A stretch of 64,000 bases of DNA, from the NCBI GenBank assembly GCA_002633005.1, contig NMRA01000175.1:379831-443830 (forward strand), in the 5' to 3' direction. The translations under genes were made by a program, and so were the position numbers. Shown here one piece after another: positions 1-10,900 of the stretch. Under the pieces are notes generated by a model. That model was not told the origin of the DNA, did no database searches, and worked only from the letters and a program-made list of their open reading frames with translations. The DNA comes from Phoronis australis. Taxonomy: Eukaryota > Animalia > Phoronida. Positions within the stretch are counted from its first letter, which is position 1. The number at the start of each line of letters is the position of its first letter.

Positions 1-418
1 AGGTGTATACTTTGTGTTACTTCGTGACTGTGAAGGAAAAGTTCCAAGTAGAAATTTGTTTCTGGCATTCTAATGCTGTGCTAATCTCGTATGTTGGTAA
101 ATTTGTTTTTAATTCTATGTTTCTGTGGTGCTTTAAGCAACTGGTGTATAGGATGTGCTTGTATTATGAAGATTACTCACATTTTGCCCCTAGCCTATTG
201 AGGAGACAAGGACCATGCCTTTCCATTTTGCAAAGTATGCCCTCTACTGGCCACTTTATGGTACCAATAAACAACCCTAGAAGGATACCGTATGCGGTGC
301 AATTGTGGGCGCATTTCAACGCTCCGCGTTGCTCTTGTTTACTAAAGAATTGAATTTTGGGGGACTTTGTCTGTAGTGCTGCTGTCATTTTTCGATGTGC
401 TTATATACCTAGTGATAT

Positions 419-575
419 CAGTGGCGGATTTAGGGGGGGCCAAGGGGTCCATGGCTCCCCCTAAACTTCTCCCAGATTCCATTTGATAGTTCGGCGGTGC
501 GAATGTCTGATGGGCAAAATCCTGGCTAATACTTTGCCCTGGCACCCCTAACTCAAAATCCTGGATCTGCCCCTG
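419..575. mobile_element. MITE with CAG(T/G)GGC(G/A)GAT termini and 5-bp TSD (GATAT)
   Basis: Imperfect TIRs; GATAT at 414-418 and 576-580; homologous inverted copy at 10302-10458. Confidence 0.85.
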
Positions 576-1808
576 GATATCTTCAGCATTGGATGAGGCA
601 TGCCTTGAGAATTGTCCATGCACGGTCATTTTTTTGAATTGTCACACAGTTCTAACAGTCCTTTGTTGGATCCTTCTGAAATTTGATGTCTTTTAATGGC
701 TTAAGGAAGTGTATCATCTTTTTCGTGGGTATGACCTTCTGCTCTTGTGTTATTTGGCATTTTCTGATGACTGGTTATTTTTTACTTCTCGGTGCCATAG
801 CTCCGGCGTCCTGTCTAAAATTTGACTTGTAAAGAGATCCGTCGAGTGCTACAAATAAATTATTGTAATTTTTTGTCTTATTTACCATTCTTGAGTTATT
901 AGAGATCTACTGATGGTCCAAGACTGGTACTATACTGTAGCGTCCATTTTCTCAATTTTTTACTTTCTCTGGCATCCCTTGACGGAAGTTTTTGTGTGGA
1001 TCGATCTCAACCAACACCACCAGTGTTGTCCACACGCTCTTTGCTAGGACTTACTGTTCCCAAGTTATTTGTCATTTTCCAATTGCTTGTCTCTAATCAA
1101 AGGATTTTTACTCTATCTACCATGTCAATTGATGGGCCCGTCTCATATTTGCCGTGGTTCATGCCTCTGAATGCTCTTGTTTTGCACTCACCAACTTATC
1201 TGTGGTGTCACCAGATGTTTACATACCGACAACTGTCCAACTGTTGAAAAATGATAGCAGTGCAGTGGATGAAATTCTTTCGAAATACACCATACTGAAT
1301 GCTGTTTGGGAAAAGTATGTATCTGAGATGTCTTGGTCGATACGCGGAATAATGTCTCGTAGGACATTACTTTATGTACGCCACTCTTTGTATGTTTTGT
1401 GTATGTATCTCGGATGTATGGTAATTGAAATCAATTGGTATTGGAAGCATGCTACTGAAACACAGCTTCATATGTTTGGAGCACTTAAAGTGGTTTAAGA
1501 TGCAATTTAAAACATACATTTCCAGTTTGTCTACATTTTGTCGTTAATTCCACCCCAACAGACTTGTGTTCTTCTGTGTTGTCTCTATGCCCTGTGTTGT
1601 TGTTAATTTTTTTCTTGTTTTCTAATCAGTTCATCGTAATTGATGTTTACTTCCTGCTAAAAGTTTTACTTGTTGAATTATATGACTCTGCTCATCTATT
1701 ATCTGGGTGCTGGTTTTCACAACTCCAATCTATAATGTTGTCATGTTTCTATGGTGACGGTGCTCATGTTCTCCTGTGTTTTCTCTCCCTCCCCCTTCTT
1801 GCTCAAAG

Positions 1809-1918
1809 GTGCCAAGACCTACCCGACTGCAAAGTTGTTGCTAGTAGCATAACTTTTGTTGACGATCCGTGTGGTGAAACAAAAAAATACCTCAGAGTTG
1901 ACTATCGTTGCGCGTTAG
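1809..1918 (+). CDS. ADGRL: Lectin (SUEL/RBL) C-half exon, variant A: [36 protein letters not shown]
   Basis: Pyrimidine tract + aag|G at 1808/1809; G|gtaagc at 1918/1919; 110 nt, phase 2 to 1; DPC and KYL motifs. Confidence 0.9.
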
Positions 1919-4900
1919 GTAAGCCCAATTGCTTGCTGAAACATGTTCTGGCTCTGTTGTTTGAAACACAGTCGCATAACTACCAAATTACCCCAAATTC
2001 TCTTTAGGAAAGCATGCCTTCCAAGATCGACAATCCTCCAATCATTCTTTCTTTCTTTACCTTTCTTGTAGTGTCCCCTGTTCATTTCTTGACCTTTTAC
2101 CTTTGACTTTTCACAATTTCTTTGCTTGGGTATCCAGCTGTACTGGACAGCATATCTGCGTTGTGGAAGCTAGCAGCGCACTCTTTGGGAATCCTTGCGA
2201 CGGGACTCTAAAATATCTGGAGGTCGAATATCAGTGTATCATAGGTAAGGGGAGGTGTGGCATGATTCGTCTAGCGCTACGGTAAAGTTACCCGAGTTGC
2301 ATGTAGCGAGACGTCGGAGAAAGTTGGCACCCTATTATCGCTGCCCATGAAATTACTAACGCAGAGAAATGTTTGTCCTGTTTAGCTGCTTTGTGATTTA
2401 ACAACTAGATTTTTGGGGTCTGAAGTCAAATAAGCATGTGCTTTCCATGTATCGAAAAGTATTGAATGAAACTGACTTTGTGCATGAGGCTGCATGTCTT
2501 CAAGGGGGCCGTTACATTTTTGTGAAGTTGTAGTTGGTCAATTGGGCATTTTCTTTGTCAAAGTAAGCAAAATATGCCAAGTTGACCAAATAGTCTTAAA
2601 AAAGGTGATGTTCCCCGAAACTATCTTGTTGGTACGTCATTGGTGTGGACTTGAAAAATCTCTATTTAATACCATTTTGACAAAATGTTGTGCATTGTTT
2701 TGTCCCTGTTGCAAGGTTTTTGCACAACTTTGTTAAATCCGATTGTTGCACATTGTATTTTTCATATCAAACATTTAAGAAACAAAAAGTCATGATGAAA
2801 TTTGAGAAAATTTTAGCAGTTTGCAACGTGTTAAAATTCTATCATGTTGCATGAAAACGAGCATTTGATAAAATTATCAACTTTCAGTTTAGTTAATACT
2901 TAAAAATTGTTTTCAGATACGGTATTTTTTCATCAAACTGGCTTGGAAATATCAACCAGAAACACTTTAATTACCTGGTCTGCACGCCACCTGTTGGCCA
3001 CATCATGTGACCCAATACAAGTCTGAAAAGATTTTTGCCCTGACCGGGACTCAAAATCAAGACCTTTGGCTAAACATGCATCTGAAATCTGTATTATTCA
3101 GGTTTCTCTATATGAAAAATCAATCAAAAAGTGCCTCTGGTATCCCGAGACAATTGATCTAAAAATTTTCTTTACTGGACACGGCATGAAGTCCCTGTTG
3201 TAACGCAGAACATCATTGAGCATATACAAGAAGTGACTAAACTCTGAGGAATCACAGGGACGGTCAGCTTTTGTCCTCTTATAAACTTTGCCAGCTCCGT
3301 CACGGCTAGTCTCTCAATTCCTACTGAATGTTGAAACCATTGCTTTCATGCCAACTCCAGTTTGATGGGATTTATTAGCTTATATTTTCTAGATTTAGCA
3401 TTTAAGCAGTCCTTAAAGATGAAGTGCTGCTTTAAGTGATTTTGTGGAAAGTCGTATCAACAAGGTGTGTTTGTGCAGAGGGTCAATTTGATGTTGGCTA
3501 GCTTATATAGTCTAACTAACTAACATGCTGAATATTTTCTTAACTTTCGCTCTTTATGACCACTCTCATTCAAAGCTAACCTAGTTTGTTCATTCTGTGT
3601 ATCAAGTCAGTCAACCATGATGCTTTGTTGTAGTTCAGCAATACTGGCTCAGATTAGTGCATGCTGTTCTGCTACACTGAGTCTAGTGGTTTTGAGAGAT
3701 ATTGCAGTACCTAGTTTAGCTCAACTGACTGTCATAAAATGATACAGGTTTTGCTGAGCCAGATGTCCTTTTCACAATTTAGGTGTTAAGCTGTACTGAC
3801 TCCGATGTAATGAATAGAGTGGGTTGTATTTAACAACACAGAAAGTCATCTTGAGATATTGCAGTAATTCAGCTGTAGTGTCTCAGGTGTGCTGTGCATG
3901 TAGTTCAATGCATGAGGCTCGATCTTTAGCCAGTCTTGCCTGCCTTCTCTCTCTAGGTGCAATGACAAGCTGCAATGTTCCGTTAGGGCTTCTAACACCT
4001 TCCTTAATGGCGATCCGTGCAGAGGCACTCCCAAGTATTTGGAAGTTAGATATAAATGTAAAGCAGGTAAGATTTTAACCAATAAGTTTAATAACTTTCA
4101 TTGATCTTTTCATTTCTCTTTCTACAACATTCTCTCTGGAGTTTTGCTCCCATGAACTAATTTATTTGAATACCAACGTGGATTCACAAAAAGTTCTAAG
4201 TTTTCAGTATTTTCCTCCCCCCGTTGTGGAGCAACTGTCTTCATTAGTATATATGTCTGACTCGAGATGTATTCTTTCTTTTGCCTTGTCTGCTCTGTAT
4301 TAGCATGTAGACAGTAACTGATCTGTAGCATTGACTAATAGCCTGTTTTGTTTTCTTTCTGTGGTTTGAGTTTGTTGCCTTGTGTCAACTGTTCTGCTTT
4401 AATGTAACAGTTGTAATTTTCTTTTGTTACAAAAATTTGTTTCTTAAATTTAAGTCTAGTTTAACGAGTGTATAGTATATTATTCTTCATTTTGAGTTGT
4501 CGTTTTAACAAGACATTTTCAGATTTCCTGTACTCATTAATATTTCTTTGTGATGTATAACATTTCTTCTAGTGACATGTGCATGGAGGGTTCATAAAGA
4601 TTGTCACTTGATTTCATAAAAGCCTTTCTTTTCCACAGTAGACAAAGATAAACCCAAGGGCAAGACCACTTTGTCCATGACAACAGAACTTACAACACTG
4701 CAAATGACAACACCGCAAACGACAACACCGCAAACGACAACACCGCAAACGACAACACCACAAACGACAACACCGCAAACAACAACACCGCAAATGACAA
4801 CACCGCAAACGACAACACCGCAAATGACAACAACACAATTGACTACTGAACAAACTACACAAAAACAAACAACAGCACCTGGTGAGATAACACGATTTCG

Positions 4901-7900
4901 AACGTCATCTACAACACAGCAGGCTGTGGAAGGTTCAACTACAAATGAAAAATCTTCAACAAGGCAAACAACGACATTTGCTACTACATCCTTGCCAATA
5001 GTAACAATGAAACAAATAACTCTCACACAAACAACAACAAAACAAATACCACTGGAGCAAACAACTCAGCAACAAACAACAATGCAACAAACTACAACAC
5101 AACAAGCAACAACAAAACCAGCCATTATAGAACGAACAACAGCGGGAATGACAACAGCAGAACTGATGACTACGGAACAGACGACACCGGGACAGACGAC
5201 AGAGGGACGGATGACAGGGGGACAGACTACAGCTGGACAGATAACAACGGGACAGACTACAGCAGGACAGATGACTGCGGGACAGACTACAGCAGGACAA
5301 ACTACAGCAGGACAGACAACTGCGGGACAGATGACAGCGGGACAGACTACAGTGGGACAGACTTCAGCGGGACAGACTACAGTGGGACAGACTTCAGCGG
5401 GACAGACTACAGCGGGGCAGACAACAGTAGGACAGACTACAGCGGGACAGACGACAGCAGAACAGGCGACAGCGGGACAAGCGACAGCGGTACAGACGAC
5501 AGCGGGACAAATGACAACTACTAAACAGACAGGAGCAGAACAGACAACTGCTGAACATACAACAACAGGACAGACAACAGCAGAGCATTCAACAGCAGAA
5601 CAGACAACAGTGGGACATACAGGTGCTGAACATACAACAGGAGGACATGTAACTTATGAACAGATGACAACACAACAGATGACAACACAACAGATGACAA
5701 CACAACAGATGACAACACAACAGATGACAACACAACAGATGACAACACAACAGATGACAACACAACAGATGACAACACAACAGACTACTGTAGAACATAT
5801 AGCTTCTGAACAAACAACTGGAGGACATATAACTACTGAACAGGCAACAGTCAAACAGATGACAACCGAACAGACTACAGCAGAGCAGTTGACAACTGAA
5901 AAGAAGACGTCAGAACTTACAACAATGGAACAAACAATAGAACAGTCTACAACAGAACTGACAACTGCTGAACAAACAACAGAACAAACAACAGAACAAG
6001 CAACAGAACAAACAACTGTACAGACCAGAGCAGAACTGACAACTCCTGGAATGACAACTACTGAACAAACAACAGAACCGCCAGTCCAAAAAACAACAAT
6101 TAGACAAACAAGCGAACTAACAATGACACAACAGTCAACTACAAAACCTACAGCCAGTGCACTTAATACAACTTCTGAACAAACAACACAGGCGTTAATG
6201 GGGACATCAATGCATCAACAGTTAACAACCACCAAGCTTACAACAATGCTATCTACAGCAACAGCATCAACACTTGAGCCAACAGCAGAATTGGCAACAA
6301 CAACAACCACAGAATCAACATCCAGTGCAATGCTAAATATATCGGCAGAAATCACCACAAATCCACAAACAACAGATGAGTACCTGACAACCAGCTCTGT
6401 TGCCATGGATACGTCACCCATGACGACTGTCAGTAGTAAGTGTATTCAGCCCACCGCAAGCAGTCCTACCAACAACAGAGCAGTTACCGTTGCTTATTAT
6501 CTGGCTGATTTCCTACATGCGAAATACGTAGAGTAATGTGTCAAGTTTAAAGTAAATTGTTAATGTTGAGGATTTGGTGGACTCAACAGAATGTTCTTTA
6601 ACTTTTTTGCTGTTTTTTCATGATGACTCTTAAGAATTAAATGTGACATGTCATTGTTGGTCTGCTCAACCAAGAGAAAATTATCAGCTCTACAGCTCGG
6701 TCGAAACCTTGGTGGAAAATGCTAGTTACATATTACTTGACAGGTGACTCTACTTGTTCTCTTGTTGGATTTGAGATGTTTCAAGATGCTTTTCCACACT
6801 TTTGTTGACTGGAAATTGCCAGTTGCCTTCAAATAACACACTTTCACCTTTGGCTTCTGTCATACTCCGATGAAAATTTCGAGAAGCTTAACGCGTTGCT
6901 TGTTAAATGTTTTTGTTACGTTCTGCTTTTTTGTTTTCATACTTTGAAATTTTTGTAAACTTCTACACTTGCTTTACGTGATCTCACATGCCAAAGTTGA
7001 AAGGTTGAAGGTCTGATCCTTGTTCAGTTGTTGTTTCTTATTAATTACCTTTTTATTGAATTTTACCGGAAAATTACCAGACTTGTGCAGAAAATGACAT
7101 TATGGTAATTAGCGTAATTAGCACCATATTGGTGAATGTTAATGGCAATGGCACAATGGCAGGAAAATTCAGTAGATTGGTCTGACTCAGCAACTGAAGC
7201 CGGTTATCTGCTCATAGCTCCCACCATAGAATTACCTCCATCCACAGTCGTTGTTGGTGTTTGAGAGGGAAGGACCCTTGGTTAGGACACAGGTCTTTTA
7301 AGTGCTGATGAACACCATTTTCATTTTTGTTTTTAAACAACCATTTAATTGCCATATCCATAATTACTGTCTAATAATTCTCAATTGTGGTTTGAACTGT
7401 GAATGTCCATTTACTATCTTCTTTCTTTTTCTTGAGAAATAAGGTTCATAAAATGTGATACGAGAAAGGTTTAAAATGATAAAATACGACAAAACATGCT
7501 GAATGGTGTTCATATGTTCTTAAAAGAAATGTTGCAAATGCTTATCTTTGCTTGTTTGTTGTCTTTTTAACACAGAATTATTTCAGGAAAATATTCAGGA
7601 ATTAGAATATTAATTGAAATTATTCAAGTGTTATTTAAAAGTGGATTGTAATTGAAAATCATTGATGTGATAATAGTCAAGTGAATGAAAATGATTGAAT
7701 TGTTAAATACTTGACTATGGATTAACATATGTCTATTGGGTGACTGCTAGAGAAAGCTCAATTTTTTAGCATTGATATAGCACACTTCGTTATTTAGTGT
7801 AGACAATTGGTTCTCATAATTCATCACCGATGTAACTGACCTGGTATTACCAGTGTTGATTCACACCGAATTGAAAATTTTCGACAAACAGCGGTCCATA

Positions 7901-10900
7901 TGAAATTAAGATGTGTGCTGTAATCAAATTTCTACTTAATGGTGATTTCTACCTGAGTTTTTTAGCTATCATTCTTTAGAAACAAAATTTGAATAGCTTT
8001 AGTTTGCGTTTGGTTGTTTGGTAACAGTAAAATTCATTGAAAAGCAGCACCATTTGAATTTTCGGAGATGACATCTTAAAGAGTCCTTTTTAATTTCTAT
8101 GTGTCTGTGATTTCCATTCTAGATGAGAGTGTTACCATGACGACTGAGGAAAGTACTCGTAAGTGGTCTGGCCAGAATGATGCGTCACTTTCAGCTGTGT
8201 GTTGGCTCTTCCACCTGTCTCACTAACTTCTATATTTTCGTCTTTTCAGTTAACACTTCACGGAATGTGATTGTAGCTACAGTAAAAATTCTTCAAATTA
8301 TTAAAAATGAAATTTCATTTTGTTGGATTTCTCTACAGAAATAATCATTGGCTTGAAGGAAGTTAAAACTGTTTTTGCCTTTGAGCTGTCATAAAAACAT
8401 GGAATAATTTTGAGCATATGCAGAAAAGTACCAAGCCTGTAAAATTAAAAAATACCAATTTTGATATTATTGATGACTTTTTACTTTATAGACATGTGTT
8501 GATGTTTTTGAGACTTTGAAATCGATATTTACTTCACTAGTAACCTAACCATGAAAATTAAGAAATAGGCTAGTTACAAATATCACTTGAACATTTTCTT
8601 AACCTGCGTGCAGTCGTTTTTTAACAAGAGAAGGAAATGAGAGACCTTCTACAATTATTTTTCAGCTCTTGTAAGCTCAACCATCATTTTCAAAGGTATT
8701 AAAGGTTAATTGTGGGTCCTGGGATTGATCAGTTAAGACACTAAAGTGATTATCTATCTTGGTATGGAAACGTTCAAGAGATATTTACTGTGGATGAGTA
8801 TGTTAGTTTTCCTTTTAGGGTTTGAGAACTTTTGGTGGTGGAATTTGCCGTTAGATTATTTTTCATGCTTCATGTAATGTCAGTAGTAAATGGCATATAA
8901 TAGTGCTTAGAAAAATCTAGTGTTATGTTCAGGTGAAACGAACAAGCTTTTACCATGGCCTACACCCTTATCCCAAGCAACGCGCTTACCACGGGCTACA
9001 CCCTTACGACACACACGCACACTAAAACTATTACATGTGCAAAAAATACCTCGCAACCAGAACTACAACCACACTCGGGCTCCCTTACCACAGACAATTT
9101 TTAGTTCAAGTCTACTGAAATACACTACCTAGTTCCTATATGATGCGTAGACCACAGCATGGTGCTCTGATACACTGTGGCCCCGGAGCATGTGAAATAA
9201 GTACTTTTAATCCAAAACTAATAGTAATGCGTACCTTTTGAGTTAAATTATATCGTAATATCTACTATGGAATTATTTAGATTTAAAATCTGAATTTCTG
9301 ATGCCAATATATTAAATCAATCTTCCAGACTACAGGGCTGTGGCTCCTGAGGAGCGGTTCATACACAACCATTTTTGTTCATAGTTTTGCTTCTGGGGCA
9401 CACAGTTTGTGAAGGTGGTAAGGTTTCCGCTTTCTAGCAACAGTTTTGTGACTCTTGGTAATTGTTTGTTTCCAACTTGATACTGTAAACTCTGCAATGC
9501 TTTTACACGACTTAGAGAGGTCATGCGGGTCAGTTTTTAGGCACCAGCTGAATAGTGCGATATGCAGCTTTAAACTGCAAGTGGGTTGTGACAGCTTGTG
9601 TAAAAGCGACTGAAATCGTAGCTCCATTTTGTGCTTAAAGTGGTATCAAGTGCTTGGTCGGTAGCCATTTCTTCTTCATTCCAGCATGTTTTTCATTTCT
9701 CAGTCTCACAGGTCAAGGTCGAATCTGTGTGTTGTTCAACAGCTGTCTTACACATTTTGTGTTTTTTCTGTTTGATGTCAATGTGTTTTTAAGTTGCTTG
9801 TTCTCTCTTTCAGGCTTTTTAAGTGTTACTCAAAAGCTGCCATAAAACGTTAAGTGGCCCATTTCACATGGTAGTTATTCACATTTTGCTTATTTCACAG
9901 AACGTTCCACTAGACCTTCCACTCTAACCCGTCCAACCAAGCGGCCGTATTTAACCACGACCAAGCCTGTCACCGAGGTCACAACTCGGGGACAGATAGG
10001 TGGGGAAATCAATGCTAACTTCTGTGAGTACACTGTTGAGGCAAACATCACATGGACGCGCACAAAAGCTGGCAAGACTGCAAGGAAACCATGTCCATTC
10101 AACCCCCAAAAGAAAGCTACCTGGGCGTGTAGTGATGAAAACCCTGCACGGTGGGTGGGGATGCCGGATGTCAGTCAATGTACAGCTGAGTGGGTGAACA
10201 ATGTTGAGCGGCAGGTACGACTCTATAACACCATGTAAATGGATGTAATATAAAGCTTATGGAGGCTGAAATGTAATTTCTTGGCACAGGCACTGTAATC
10301 CCAGGGGCGGATCCAGTATTTTGAGTTAGAGGGGACCAGAGCAGAGTATTAGCCAGAATTTTGCCCGACAGATATTTGCACCCCTATATCGCCAAATGGA
10401 ATCTGGGAGAATTTTAGGGGGGCCATGGCCTCCTTGGCCCCCTCTAAATCCGCCACTGAATCCTGAATACAACCCCACAAAATGCCCCGTGTTTTTGGCA
10501 CAAAATATTGTCATTGAAGCACTTTGATTGCTAAGCTCGGGCCAAGAAGCCCATTAAAATTGGAAGTGAAAATGGACAAAAGACTAATATTGCCGAAAGA
10601 TCCCAATTGGCCCATAGACTTGATGCTATATAGGTAAAGGTCAATTCACCCGTATCCACTTTTCTAAAAGGATCCCTGGTTAGATTGCCAGTACTATATG
10701 ATTCTATTGTTTCCTATTCAGTAAATGAATACATTGTTGTCACTGTGGAAATATAAGCTATCCATCTGACCATTAACTAGGCGGATGAAATTGTTATGAG
10801 TTACAAGTGTTATTGACTGACAATAGATTAATATTGTTCTTAAGTGTTTTAATAAGGGAAATCTCAACATACCTTTTATTGTCCCTTTCTTGCTCCCAAG

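Noticed and set aside
3030-3075. tRNA-like T-arm on the minus strand
   Set aside because: It is degenerate with no cloverleaf; at most a SINE head remnant.
1809-4066. Three complete tandem lectin domains
   Set aside because: Only C-half exons are present, their phases are incompatible in series, and the 219-nt A-B intron cannot hold an N-half exon.
4604-6421. Cys-rich and Val-rich minus-strand ORFs resembling keratin-associated or metallothionein proteins
   Set aside because: They are antisense shadows of ACA/ACG Thr codons in the mucin exon.
9814-9845. Strong acceptor at 9813: 9-nt microexon or upstream 3' splice site leading to a stop at 9843
   Set aside because: The donor (A|gtgtta) is weak and nothing else supports it; it cannot be resolved without RNA data.
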